DNA of 64,000 nt from Patellaria atrata CBS 101060. Taxonomy: Eukaryota. Made by a program: the position numbers and the translations under genes. Location of the stretch: positions 310,001 to 374,000 of the forward strand of contig MU006103.1 in the NCBI GenBank assembly GCA_010093705.1. Reading direction: 5' to 3'. Positions 23,462 to 37,347 of the stretch are shown here, in pieces. The notes under the pieces were generated by a model. The model saw only the letters and a program-made list of their open reading frames with translations. It had not been told where the DNA came from and did not search any database. Numbering within the stretch: position 1 is the first letter of the stretch; every line of letters starts with the position of its first letter.

Positions 23462-26400
23462 CTAGTGATGAAGAAGATTATGTAACGAAGGACTGGCGCT
23501 GGCACCAGGGTTATTGATATTGTTGTCGCGGGGAGTCGATGGTCGATTGTCGACTGCACCCGGAGCTGGACTACCGTGATGTGCGCCGTAGAATTGATGA
23601 TGTTGCGGTGGTCCTGTGTAGGGGCTTTCAGTTTGTCGAACCGGATGAGCTGGTCCGGGGTATGTGGGTGAATGTAAAGCTACGTGTGGGGAATTTAGCC
23701 CGTTCGTATGCCCAGCAACCGGATTTGTAGTTGGAAGATGCAGAGGCGGTGGATTGTAAGGTGGGTGATAGGGCGACCTGATTACGCCACCTTGAACGGG
23801 GGGAACAGCAGGTGCTGGAATAAACCCGTTTGAGGGTGGGTGGGGGTGCAATGGATGATCGTGAAATACCTGGGGTGGAGGTATATGTGGATGTGGTTGG
23901 GCATGGAGTGGCACTCCATTAGCCAACGGGGGTGGGGGAGGTGGTGCCCATCCTGAAGCAACTTGCGCTAAATGTGGAGGGCCATGAGGTGCTGGAGTTG
24001 TAGCAGGCATCCATGGTTGAGCTTGAGGTAACTGGCGAGATGGGGACCGAGAGAGTGGTGGCCCTTCCGTTAGACGTGACTCGGACCGCTGAACTTCTGG
24101 AGGAGGTGGAGTCGGATCTGGATTCCGCATTTTCTTCCAGTGGCATTTGTTACATTGGACTGAGTCAGCTCTATCAGATGTCGTGTCTCCGTCTACGGCA
24201 GAGAGCGCAGCTGAGGCAACAGCAGCTGCGGATCTTGTGCCATTCACACTATTGGTAAGGTCAATCGTTTGGGTCTCTGAACTTTGAATGATAGCGTTCT
24301 CCGACGGTACATTGTTGGGTGTCCCGTTGCTCAGGTGAGCCTCATCTGACGGTCGAATCGACCCCTTTGAAGTTTTGACAGTATCAATCGGCCACCATTT
24401 TGGACTGACGTCAATGTTGCATGTAGCACAAACACGTTTCTGTGCTTTAGTCGCGCCGTGAGATCCTCCATCTTGGTCTTCTAACTTTACAGTCACTCCT
24501 ACTGAGGAATTGCGCGAAGCTCTTGTTGGTATCCCTGACATAGTCGTTGTGGAAACGCGGCGATTACCGGTCGCTACTACTGGAGCAGTAGCAGCTTTGA
24601 TACATTGATCGACTAAGTTTGCTTTGCGAACAGTTCCAGTCAATGTCAGGTCTGCTTGCTTATATTCCATGGCGTATAGTTGCAAAACAATGAGTTGCGA
24701 GTCCTCCACAATTTCGTTCAGCGGATGCACTATAGTCTTTGGTGAATGTTCCCTGCAGAATATTACCGGTGCTAACGATCCAGTCTCTGGATTCGGACCG
24801 CCCAAAGTATACGTGTTGATAACGTCGCGCCGTGAGCTCTTCACTGGTGATACATCGAACCCAAGTGTATAGCCAGCGTTATGAGCACATGCGACATGAA
24901 CAGGCGCGTGGCAGGAGTGACAGTTGACACATGCACCATTATTAGTTTTGCAGACCTTGCAAATTGCTTCGTATCGAGACAAAGGGATTGATGCTCGGCC
25001 GATTCCTTCAACAACTTCCAAAGCTTTAGCATTACTAAACTTTGGTTCGGGATGAAAGAGGGCGCAAAGCACGTGAACCCAGTTGTTATCGGCTGTTCGT
25101 TTCAAGGCCTCACGTGGGACTTCAGATCGACCTTTGTCACGTTGTCCGTGTCGATAGTCCTCGAGGAATTTGATGGCCAGCTCTTTCTCGAGTCTCTCCT
25201 TTTCCCTTTCCCTGTCGGTCTTCTTCTTATGAGAGATTTTCGGTGGTTCAACAAGTTCTTGATCTGTATGTTTAACAGGGCAAAGGACACACTCGTATCG
25301 CTATAAATAGTTAGCATAACGGATTCTTTAGAGGGTGGAAACGCTTTCTTACATATGAACTAAACTCCTTCTTATCATTACGACACGCATCGCAGATCCA
25401 TTTATTACCTCGAGGTGGATCTATAGAACCATAACAAGATCGGTGAACAGTGAGTTTGCAGTGATTACAAGTAACCATTTGATCGGTTGGAGGTTCAAGA
25501 TAGTCACAAACAGCGCAAGGTAATTGCTTAAACTTTGGCTGCTGAGGTACGATTGGGGGTGTAGGTGGTCTAGGAGGGGGTGCAGGTTTCTTCTTCGGTT
25601 CAACGGGAACAGGTGGAGGTTGCAACGGCTCTTTCTCCTTTTCAACGGTGGCCTTTGCTCTCTTCTTTGGTGGTTCCTGTATAGCAGCGACAACTGTAGG
25701 GGGTGTTGGAGGAGAGTCGTTGGTAATGCCCATTGCGGCCGCTTCATTGGCGGCCGCCCACTCATTTCTAAGCTCCTGGTCAATCCTCCTTTTCAAACCC
25801 CTACCTCCAGTCTGGGACATCTTCCGAACTGCTTCATCTGGCTCTTCCCATTCCACAGCGTATTTTCTCCACAATCGTGCGCAGCGTTGACAAAGAGCTA
25901 CCCACATTTTGTCTTTGCTATTAGCACGACCATCAGGAGAGACTGTAGTTCCAGGAGCTACACCAGGAGCCCGCCGCCATTGACGTGAATGTCGAGTAAA
26001 GCAAAATTTGCATTGGAAGCCCCGTTTTAATGCGACAGCCTTTTCGTTATCAAACGCAGAATCGTCTTGATCATCTGCGATACTATCCAGCAATTTTCCC
26101 GTTGTATTGGATTCCACTTTCTTTCTGGTTCCTCTACGACCACCATACGAACCCCATACTTCCCTTCCTTTTGGAGTTTTCTTCCATAGATAATAGTATC
26201 TTACGATGTCTGCATGTGAGACGGTTTTAACGTGAAGACGTACGCTACGTAACTCGGATCCGTATTTAGCAACGCCTTCTTCAAATCTCTTCTGCTCCTC
26301 CTTGGTGAGTTCCGGTTCCCGCAAGTCTTTGCGCCTGTCGACCTTCTTGAGCAGTTTGAGAGCTTTTTCAGCGTCATAGTGGTTGTCGTAGAGTAATTGA

Positions 26401-28685
26401 ACAGCTTTATCAAGGAAATTAGTGTGCCACGCGTCCACGTGTATAACATCCCCAGCAATCACTTTTGCCTTCTGCATGTAAGCATCTACAAGCGCCTCAT
26501 CAGCAAGCGGCCGGTCGTCCTCCCCTCTAGAAGAATAAACTCCTTTTGGAGGCATTTTGAAAAGCAATTTCGCAGTATTCTGATTATCGTTGTTTGAATG
26601 GTCGTCACCCCGTCGCACATATCCAGGAGGCTCATCCTGGACCCACTTTGGCCTCTTTGCGCGTTCTGCTCTGTCTGCTTCGAGTGCTGCAATGGTCTCT
26701 TTAGAAAGTTTCGCGTCCTTCTTGTGGCTTGTTGATTTGATGTAACGTTTCTTGATCTCCGCTGGTTTGACGAGTTCTACTGGTCTACCTGGCCATTGCG
26801 ATACGTTCGCTTGGTGTCTAGGTCCCAAACGAGAGCTTGCGCGCGGGTAAATGGCACGGTCATCATATTGAAGGGCATCTTCCACCCGACAATGGATTCC
26901 GAGATATCTCATCGGCCACATCTTTGCAATCGCGATCTCCGCTTGAGTACCGGCGTGTCCTTCCCCGTCTGTAATAGACTCGGCTGGAGTGGGAGCGGTC
27001 GTTTCTGCGTTTGCACCAGAATCGTCCTCCTCCTCTTCGGGAAATTCTTCATCGTCCTCATTTGCTGCCTCACCGATTATTGGTGTACGTCTGGCCTCCA
27101 GTTTGCGCTCCTGCGCTCTGCTGCATGGTCCGCACGCCCAAGCAAACCCTCGAGAGGGCTTTTTGAGGAGAGGGGGTTTGACGCAGTTCATATGGTATGT
27201 CATAGAACAAACGGCACATTCAACAGAATCATTCCTGAACGAATATGTTAGTCAAGTTATTCCCTGGAATGAGTTATAGCCATCACTTACGTGGCACAAT
27301 AGCCTGTGCATCGCTTACAGGATTTGACTTCACTCGTCAGCTCTTTGCCACGCCCCGCCTCTACGACCACAAATTTCCATCGCTCATCAAGCGCTCTTTT
27401 AACCTTCTCAGGGACATTGATAACCTGCTTAGTAGGGATCACATCGTACCAACGATGAATGAAACGATCATGAACCTGATTGAACCAAAAGGAATCACGT
27501 TGCTTGCGATACTCTTCAAGGTCATCTATTTCACTGCGGTGAACAATTTGACATTTCCCACGAAGCGAGGTAATTGGACATATGTCGGAGTGCATCGTTC
27601 CGTAGACAAGACGAGAGTCATTATTATACCGTTGAACATCCCTAGGCCTGTAGAACCAATTTACGCGTAATGAATCTACCCGGGATTTTGAATTGTCGCT
27701 GTCGGTATGGATGAATTCCATTACCCGACAGAGATAGTAGGGCTCCCCAGGTGGCTCGCAAACAAGGTAGATATTGTCTTCAGAACTGTTAGTTACTCTA
27801 TCTTCACCCAGATAAATTCGTGATATACAGCTATTGCATGAAAATCATCGATTATAATGCTATACTTGAGGGGCTTAAACGTTACTTACCATTTATTGAT
27901 ATAACGGTTCCATCATCAGCGACTAGTTTTCCATCTTTGTTAAGAATTGCTCCAGTGTGCTCATAAGTAAGCATGTCCGACTCTCGCGAGGATTGCATAT
28001 GGTTGGTGGCGGTTGTTCTTCGAGTTACGGCCTGATTTGCGGGCGAGGCAACCGAAGAAGCCCCATTGCTATGAGCAATCGCCGCAGCCTTGCGCTTTTT
28101 GGATGGTGGTGGTGCAACATTAGTGTTGGGATTTGCTGAAAATGTGGATGTTCCTGGAATAAAAACCTCTTTCGCAGCTGATGAGTTGGCAGCGTTCCAG
28201 TTACCGGTATTTGCGGTCGCTGTTTTTTTCAAATTGCCACTCGTAGCCTGACCACTCTCCCCACCGTGAGAACTTTGTCTACCCTGTGATGCGGAGGTAG
28301 CGTTCTGATGTGTCGAACTGCCGTTGCCTAAGGTGGGTGTTGTCATTTCAAAATCCATCTCCGTATCTTCAGCATAATTAGGCCGAGAGGTGCCAGGTCG
28401 ATTTCTCGAGCGAGTTCCATAGGGAACAACTTCAACGGCCGAAGCGTTCGAGGAAGTAGATGTCGTGGTGGTCATAGGCTGTGACCGTGGCTGATTATCG
28501 TGCGGGTCTGGCTGGTGCAGAGTGGGCTCGGGAGGATTTGATCTTAATGTCTCCATAGTCGGGTCGCCGCGCACAATTAATCGCGGTGTGGGGATTGAAA
28601 CAAAGGTGTTGGAGGGGGATGTTGCAGGAGGATGTTGAGGAGGAAGTGTATGCCCTGGAAGTTGAATTCGGTACGCGCCATTCAC
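23462..28685 (-). CDS. snt2: BAH/PHD/ELM2/SANT chromatin protein, Snt2 orthologue
   Basis: BAH (DNIYLVCEPPGEPYYL..VNWFYRPRD), PHD (CKRCTGYC..C..YHMNCVKPPL..FAWACGPC), ELM2/SANT (RLGPRHQA; FEEGVAKYGSEL) and C-terminal PHD/ePHD. Introns 27778-27889, 27235-27290, 25301-25352. The start may be a downstream ATG. Confidence 0.92.
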
Positions 28686-30131
28686 TCATGCATACCTAAC
28701 GGTCGAGGCGCGCCTGAATGGTATGGAGTCTATAGACGCGCGGATGGAATAAGGCCCCGTTCAAGTTAGAAGGGGAGATGGATTACAAAGGAAATAGAAA
28801 GAGTTGGAGTAATCCAGCTTGGTTAGGTAGGAAGAGAATTTCTTATGGAGTGTATGGCAGAGGGAATGGGCGGTTGAGACGGGAGGGCCTTGACAGATGG
28901 AAGTGCCAAGACAGACGCCAATCACCCTTGAACCCTCATCCCACGACTGTTAACTGTAATAGTGTACAGTACAAACATAATGGTCCCGTGAACGTCTATC
29001 TACTGGATATATGAACAAAGTATTTGCCTCATGCACGGATCCCGACAACTGTTCACTTACGCAGTTTTACAGTTATATATACTTCAAGAGAATGGATGGT
29101 ATAAGTGGTCAACTCCACACTTACCGTTACAGTACATTCTAATGAGGGTATCTCACCCAAAGTCCACAAGCCTTGGGTCATACCTTACTCTCCCTGGGGC
29201 TAGGCTAACCAACCTAACCTGGACATGAATACAGTAATCTATACGCCGAGATTTATAGAGAGGCTATCGTACTGTATTGAATTTGTCCAACCAACATTTT
29301 CAAGTCTTACCTTAGTGGTACCTTTCGTAATATTTGACTGGTCAAAATTTGAACGAGAACGGTGCTCGGAAGATACTCTATCAATCTTGGAGGGTACTCT
29401 AAGGTCCCGGGTGACGCAGAAAAGCATTTCTATGAACAATTTTCTGTATCCCCTAGATTTGACGTTGTTCTTCTACCCTAGACTACTTGGAACCCCTAGG
29501 ATTCATCGTGTGCTGCGGGACAACGCCTTGGACACCAACAGTTTAGGAAGATCCTGGTGACTTAACTCCTAAGGTAGCCATCGATTCAAATTGGTAGATC
29601 CTGATAATTCGACTTTTCGGCATCTTGTTCGATGATACTCTACCCGAGAAAGGGATGCCATCTTTAAAAAGAAGACATGACCAGAACCTACAGTTCTGAG
29701 ATTTTCTACCTGCGATTTTCTGTGGAGGGTCCCAAATTCATATACCAGCATTTTAACCATCTCGTAAGCTGGGACGGAAATCTGGAACGAACCTCGGTGG
29801 TAGTTGCCGTAGCTTGTCCTGCCGTCGTGGCCATTAGCTGGAACAATAGGTTTTTCCATTGCCGAAGTAAAACCCCCGGTTGCTGAATAAGCCCTACCCT
29901 GCATTGTTCCTGTCGGGCCGAGGCGAGCGGTATTCTTGATAAGACTTATACGTGCCAACTCGATGCTTTTAATGTGTATTATCAATTCTATTACTGCTTA
30001 GAAACGAGAGATGTACATATGGAGAATAACTTTTCCCAAGCCAAATTCCTTGTCGCATTTTTCACGTACATCAGATGAAAGAAATCACTTACCTTAGGCC
30101 AAGCTGTAGAATCTCACAGCACCTAGCCCGC

Positions 30132-31843
30132 CTATTCGAAACTCATCTTCTTGCCCTTGAAATCACCAAAACCTCCACGATTGGTGGTTCCACCACGTCC
30201 TCCGCGACCTCCACCACGGCCACCGCGATCTCCACCGCGTCCGCGGCCACCGAAACCTCCGCGTCCACGTGCACCACGATCGTTGAAACCTCCACGTCCA
30301 CGTCCACGTCCACCCCCATTGTCTGAACGTCCAGGCGCGAAATCAAGGCGGAGAGGACGACCTGCAATAGTGGTTCCAGCAGCGCCCTCAATAGCAGCAG
30401 TTGCCTCTTCGATGCTGCTGAATTCGACATAACCGAATCCCTTTGGAGCGCCAGAGTTAATGTCAGTTGGAAGACTAACGCGGTTGATAGTTCCATAGGT
30501 AGAAAATGTTTCGCTCAACATATCAGGCGTAGCATCGAAGGAGATATTGCCGATGAATAAAGTGGAAGATGGCTCGCTTCGGGAATCACCGAATTTGCTG
30601 GCACGTTGATTTCCACGCTCCTTCGGCGTATCAGACTTCGGCTGGCTAAAATCGACGTTCAACTCACGACCGTCAAGGTGAGATCCTTTCTTCTCTTTCA
30701 GAGCTTTAGCAGCATCTTCGGCATTTGCAAATTCGACATAACCAAATCCCTTAGACCTGCCGCTGTCACGGTCGGTGATGATACGGCAGCCTACGATTTC
30801 TCCAAAAGGCTCAAACTCTCGTGCCAACCATTCTTCGTCAATATTCCAACTCAAGTTTCCAACGAAGAGGTTGGCTGACGCATTCGCAGGGGTGCTGGCA
30901 TCAACCTTGCTCTTCTTTGCTGCCGCAGGAGTCTCCGGTTCTGCCTTTCGCTTCTTGGAAGGTGCTTCTTCCTCGCTCTCCTCGGAAGAAGAATCATCCG
31001 AGGAATCGGAGCCATCAGAGTCATCCGAAGAGCTCTGCAATCCGTTAGTAAATAATCAAACAATGAAAGTGGGGTTGGATGTCAACTAACGGCTTCTTGC
31101 TTAGCAGCTTTCGCTTTACCATTGACAACCTTTGTCTCCTTGGCAGCTTTGGTTCTTGGAGCATCATCCTCAGAGTCACCCTCGGAGCTATCATCGCTGC
31201 TATCATCACTGTCATCGCTACTATCACCGGCACCCGATTTATCGGCGGAGACGGCTTTAGCAGGAGTCTCTTCGTCAGAATCTGAGGAACTGTCTGAGGA
31301 GCTGTCTGAATCAGCAGCTTTAGCAGTGCCGCTGGCCTTGGTAGCAATAGCCTTAGCAGCGTCGGTAACCTTATTAGCGACAGCTTTCGCAGCACCGTTG
31401 ACCTTGGTAGCAACTGTTTCTTCGGCCTCGGAATCGTCCGAATCGCTACTATCAGAATCATACTCACTGTCACTGGAGGAGCTTGAATCATCCTTAGCAG
31501 TCTTAACAGTTCCGTTGGCCTTTGGTTGCTCTACTTTCTTGACATCTTTCTCGTCCTCACTGCTGTCGGAGCTTACACTGGTGTCATCATCTTCGCTATC
31601 ATCCGAAGATGATTCAGGCTCGGGTGTTGGTGCTTTCTTGACCTTCTTAGATTTCTTATCCTCCTTCTTTGCGATAGTTTTGGCCACTTCTTTGCTCTTA
31701 GCCTTAGGTGTTTGTGTTGGCTTGTTGACGCGGCCTTCTTTTACGCTCGAAAGAACATCTTTGGAGACTTGAGTTTTGGGAACAGCAGCAACGCCGTTCG
31801 CCTTGCTGGATGAAGACTTCTTTGTGTCTTTTGATTTACCCAT
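30132..31843 (-). CDS. nsr1: Nucleolin-like nucleolar protein Nsr1/Gar2
   Basis: Lys-rich and Ser/Asp acidic N-terminus, two RRMs (LFVGNL...KGFGYVEF; LFIGNI...KGFGYVEF), RGG/GAR tail ending GDFKGKKMSFE. Intron 31035-31090. Confidence 0.93.
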
Positions 31844-32498
31844 TTGGTAATGTTTCTTTAGTCTATTAATGAAATGGTTAGCACTTTACACACTAACAAA
31901 AGAGGGAATTGATGCGTGGTAACTAAAAGAGCGCTCCAGCGAGGTGAAAGCGTGACTAAGTACGAGAGCTGTCCGTCTCAGGACGCAATCGGAAGATCAA
32001 GTATAGAGTCGTTGTGAAGCGTCAATGCTTCAAGCCCTCAGCGATGCCTTTGAAAAAAAGCGGCAAGCCCTCAGATCTCGAGTGCTGCTTTGATAGCAGT
32101 GCCCACAAGTCAACAAGCCCACAATGCGAGGATATTCAAGGCACCGTGTTCCCACAAGAAGCCGAGAAATCAAAGCAACAAATGTCTCAAAAAGCCCACT
32201 TGAAGCCCACTGACCACAGAATGCTTTGGATTCGCTCACGCTTTAAAGCGAAGCGATTGCCCACAGGAACTAGGAAGAGCCGACGAACCCACTGATGAAG
32301 TATTTGCTTTATGTTATGCTCACAGATCGAATAGATCGATTATAATGCCCACAGTAATGCGAAAATCTCGCGCGAATGTTTTAAGGCTGTTAAAAGAGTG
32401 CAGTGAATTGAGGTGGCGGAATAGAAAAAGTTCTGAGGTTGAGCAAAGTTTTATGCAGGAAGTGGGCCGGCAACTGGAGCTTGGGCCAACCCACCAGC

Positions 32499-32511
32499 AA
32501 TTTTTTTTTCA
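32499..32511 (-). promoter_or_regulatory. RRPE-like element upstream of nsr1
   Basis: Minus strand reads TGAAAAAAAAATT, similar to the ribosome-biogenesis RRPE motif, in the nsr1/alg6 divergent intergenic region. Confidence 0.35.
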
Positions 32512-32753
32512 CCGCCTTGACGGAGCTTGGCTCGAACGCCCACGCGCGCCAAGATTACTTTGAGTGAACGACACCCGTGATCGCTTACAGCTATCTACCT
32601 TTAGGTTGTAACATGAATTTGTAGTCCATTTTTCTACGACTCGCCTGTGCTATTCTCAATACAGACTCAATTTCTTGATAGTATTTGGTCTTATGAGAGC
32701 TTATAGTGAAACCGCCTTGGCGATATGATTGGGATGGTCACGACGCCGTAAAG

Positions 32754-34634
32754 ATGGCATCTCAACAGTCTCATAAACCTAGGAGACGAAAGAGAGTCGA
32801 GGATGGTGCTTCAACACATTCCAATCATGGCGCCATCATTAGTACTTCCAGGTCCAAGAATCCAGAGCCAGCTTTTCCATTAGTCGCTTTCCTTTGGCCA
32901 ACGAAAGGTACAGTCTCGCAATGGGTGGTACTACCGCTCATTCTTATGGCCGTAGGATTGTTCAGGTGGACCACAGGACTTTGGGGATACTCTGGTATGA
33001 GCCTCAAAGAATGTTGCGCGAATCGAGTTAATCCAATTGCAGGTTTCCAAACCCCTCCGATGCATGGAGATTTCGAGGCGCAGAGGCATTGGATGGAATT
33101 AACCATTCATTTACCATTGTCACAATGGTATTTTCATGAACTGGAATGGTGGGGCTTGGATTATCCCCCTCTGACTGCTTACCATAGCTGGATATTGGGC
33201 AAAATGTAAGACTCAAAAGATCTACTTGACGATGGAGCCAACTAACTGAAATCATGAAGAGGGAACTTTATCAATCCAAACTGGTTCGCTCTTCATACAT
33301 CTCGCGGGATTGATGATCCAACACTTAAGGTCTTCATGCGTGCTACGGTGTTCGTTTCCGAATATCTTACATATACTCCTGCTGTGATCATTTTCCTCCG
33401 CCGATATACTCGATTACAGAGTGTAAACACATGGGAAGCATCAATTGCCCTAGTAGCGATCTTGATGCAACCCGGAACCATCCTAATCGACCACGGGCAT
33501 TTCCAGTATAACACTGTCATGCTAGGATTTATGGTAGCTAGCATGTCCAGTGTGTTGGCCGGAAGACCATGGTGGGGTGCTGCTTTCTTCGTTGCTTCTC
33601 TTGGATTCAAGCAGATGGCATTGTTCTACGCCCCAGCAGTATTTTCATACCTCCTAGGCATATGCATATTTCCGCGGATAAACGTTGTGCGCTTCCTGGT
33701 CATTGGATTTACTACCGTTCTTTCCTTCGCCGTATTATTCGCACCCCTACTTTTGGGAGCGGTATATGATTCATACCGCGGCATACCTTACCAATCTTTA
33801 ATTCAACCACCGCTTTTGCAAGGACTGTCATTCCCTTTGAACGAAAAGTCATTGTATTATCCGATACTCTTACAGTTGACCCAGACTATTCATCGGATCT
33901 TCCCCTTCGCAAGGGGACTATTCGAGGACAAAGTGGCTAACTTCTGGTGTGCGCTTCACACATTTCATAAGCTTCACCACTATTCGGGCGCTCTTGTACA
34001 GCGTGCGGCTCTCCTTGCTACTTTAACCGCCATACTACCACCATGCGTCATCTTCTTCTTTAAACCTCATAAAGAGCTAATACCTCTAGCGTTTTCAGCG
34101 TGTTCGTGGGGCTTCTTCCTATTTTCATACCAAGTTCATGAGAAGAATGTTCTTCTTCCACTCTTGCCTATGACTCTACTTCTTGGGGGAGAAGGCGGTC
34201 TTCTACCATCTACTCGCGCATGGGTCGGTTTTGCGAACCTGCTTGGGGTCTGGACAATGTTCCCTCTCCTCAAACGAGATCAATTAACGGTACCTTACTA
34301 CGTTATTAGTCTTCTTTGGGCGTATCTCCTGGGACTACCACCCGTATCTTTATCGGCATATCATGAAGGCTTAGAAGGAGGTCTCAATCTCGCGACTAAA
34401 ATACTTCATGTGAACTTTTATCTCGTCATGGGGGTATGGCATGTGATGGAAGCTCTTGTTTCGCCCCCTACAAATAAACCAGACTTGTGGGTCGTGGGAA
34501 ATGTTCTTGTTGGTGCTGCTGGGTTTAGTATATGCTATCTATGGTGTCTCTGGACACTTTCAATTAAAAGTGGCGTTATAGCTGGGATCTGGACGCAGAG
34601 GGATGAACGGAAGGTTAAACTAAAAGAAAAGTAA
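32754..34634 (+). CDS. alg6: Dolichyl-P-Glc:Man9GlcNAc2-PP-dolichol alpha-1,3-glucosyltransferase
   Basis: PPMHGDFEAQRHWME, WGLDYPPLTAYHSW, LIDHGHFQYN, FPFARGLFEDKVANFWC, SYQVHEK. Introns 32995-33042 and 33206-33259. C-terminal KxKxx ER-retrieval motif. Confidence 0.96.
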
Positions 34635-35467
34635 CTTTGTCAGCAGACCATGGATACCCATTTCATTTCTCGATTTCTATCTTCGGTGTCATAATAAGGC
34701 AGTAGCATTTCCTTAAGTCTATACAAGTAGAGAGGGGTAGTTTTTTACATGTTGTATCTTATAGTGCATAATACTCGTACAAAACCCGACTTCATCAAAG
34801 TGCTGTTGCTCGAAACGCCTTATCCATGCAACCAATGGGGACATGTCTCAATATAAATAGTCCTGCTCGTCCGCTCCAAGGTCTATATGTTGAATCCGTA
34901 ACCAGCCATACAGCTCTTATACTGCGATACTAAGTCTTTGCATTCTAATTGCGCGTTATCGCTTGTGGAGAAGAGCATGCACTCGTCGCGTTTAGACTTT
35001 TCTTCTTTGCAGACACAGCAAGGCTACCGAATGTCAGCGGCCCATCTTGTGTCTGCAGTTTCTAGGGTAGGGGGAATTTGTACCTTTGGTCTTTCTGTGC
35101 TGGTGCCCGCGGACTTGAGGTCGGCGCCCAAGTTGGCAGCTGTTGCGGTTTCTAATAGATGGTCAGCTTCCCTGTCAATTCGACAAGCTGATGAATACTA
35201 ACTAGATGCCATTGCGCTCATTGTGAATGTGTATGATGTGGAAGAGGTTTGAGTCGAGGGCGAAAGTTGTAGATTAATAATTGCGGAAGCTTGAGGGAAG
35301 CCGAAGATGATGCAGGGACGGGCTTGGCACAGCGATTTCCATGCCAATAACGAAATTGCCCCTCCAAACATTTCCCCACAACCATTACCGAATAACTAGT
35401 TCTTTTACTGCACACCATTAGTGTTCTACGATCAACTCAAACATAGCTTCTTAAGAATAGAAGTGCA

Positions 35468-36740
35468 ATGGCAACTACAAAGGTCTTCTCTCTCGAGGGA
35501 AAGGGATTGAAGCTGGACACAGCAGGAGACATCGAGCCGCATATTGCAGCCTTGAAAGCTAATGACGATGTGGAGGAAATACACTTTCTAGGAAATACTC
35601 TCGGTATCGGGGCATGCGAAGCTCTCGCGGAAGTTCTTAAAACGAAAAAGAAACTTCGAGTATGTCCACCATCCGTTTTCACCTGTCTATCCTTACTAAC
35701 CTATCTAGCACGCCAACTTTGCCGATATCTTCACAGCCCGCCTCCTCTCCGAAATTCCTCTTGCTCTACAAGCCCTCGTCGACGCCCTCGTAACTTTACC
35801 GGATCTAAACACTGTCAATTTGTCTGACAACGCTTTCGGTCTCAACACATCAGCACCTCTCGTCTCCTTCCTCTCCCAGCATGTTCCGCTCCAACACCTT
35901 ATCCTCAACAACAACGGTCTAGGTCCCGAGGCCGGCACACTTGTTGCCGATGCTCTGGTCTCTCTTGCCGCGAAGAAGATTGCTGCTGGGCCCAATACAC
36001 CAAAGTTAGAGACTGTTATCTGCGGACGCAATAGGCTAGAGAACGGCTCAATGAAGGCGTGGGCAAGAGCTTATGCGGCACATAATGGTGTTAAGGAGAT
36101 CAAAATGGTGCAGAACGGTATCAGACAGGAGGGCATCACGCACCTTCTCCAGGAAGGCCTAAATCACGCGAAGGACATTCAAGTGCTGGATCTTCAGGAT
36201 AACACGTTCACCGCAACAGGTGCTCGTGCCCTCGCGGACGTCGTCCCAACATGGCCTAAGCTCAAGGAACTGGGTGTCGGAGATTGTCTGTTGGGCGCAC
36301 GGGGTGGAGTCATGCTGGGTAATGCCTTAGAAAAGGGAGAAAATCCAGAGCTTGAAGTTTTAAGACTTCAGTACAACGATATCGATATCAAGGGTGTGAA
36401 AGGAATTGCTGCTGGCCTATCTAAAGTACCAAAACTCCGCAGAGTAGAACTCAATGGGAACAAATTCAGCGAGGAGGACGATGCAGTGGACAAGATCAGG
36501 GATACCTTAGTCGAACGTCGAGACGATGCGGGAATCTCAGCGGAGGATGGGGAGGAGACTTGGGGACTCGATGAGCTGGATGAATTGGATGATGAGAGTG
36601 ATGATGAGGATAAAGAGGAGGAAGACGAGAAGGAGACAGTGCTGAAGAGGGCAGATGAAGCTGAGGATGAGAAGGTCGCACAGAAACAGGATAAGGGTGT
36701 CGATGAGTTGGCCAATCTTTTGGGGAAGACGTCGGTATAG
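35468..36740 (+). CDS. rna1: Ran GTPase-activating protein (LRR plus acidic tail)
   Basis: GNTLG..AC, ADIFTARL, LSDNAFG, CGRNRLENG, QNGIR, LDLQDNTFT, acidic C-terminus. Intron 35660-35708. Confidence 0.95.
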
Positions 36741-37347
36741 TGTTCTAATGATAAGTTGGATGGTAGGAAAGTTGTTGCATGGACTGTAACGATTGGAGTG
36801 AGGTTATTGCATCTTTTGGTTGCGTATTAGCGAGATTGAAGAGTATATAGAAATTTAAAATGATAGAAGAACAGCGGAAGAGCCAAGTTTTACCTCACGA
36901 CTAGCGGTCTGTGTAGAACCCTAATCGACACTCTCCTCTATTCCGATAGACGTACACCGTCCTTTGAACTAATTGACCGGTATATCAGGCCGAGGCCTAT
37001 AACGAGCATCCTATACTGTACGGTACAGGCACTGTACGGCCTTTGAACCACCTTTTCGAGCCTTTTACGAGATTGCCTATTAGTGTGGAGTGATGAATTC
37101 GACCGGTAGGGAGTGCCGTGAAGTTAACTGTACCAGAGTATTACCGATACACTCCCGGTTAGTTGAAAAATGGGAGGTAATTAGGGCGTGAACATAGACC
37201 GAGGCTTTATCTCAACTATGTCATCATTCCAGATCATCAAACCTTGCCTTAATATTACCATCAGGTCTAAAAAATGGTAAACAATCATTGTGAAATTCTA
37301 CAGATGTAAACTCCACTCGAGTGATCCTAAAACACCCCCAAGTGTGA

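Noticed and set aside
29225..29985. ORFs of 69-138 aa between snt2 and nsr1
   Set aside because: No identifiable motifs or splice structure. Cannot be distinguished from chance.
31122..31772. Long antisense ORFs over nsr1 (and similarly over rna1, the F-box gene and the SH3BGR-like gene)
   Set aside because: Shadow ORFs caused by low-complexity or biased codons on the coding strand.
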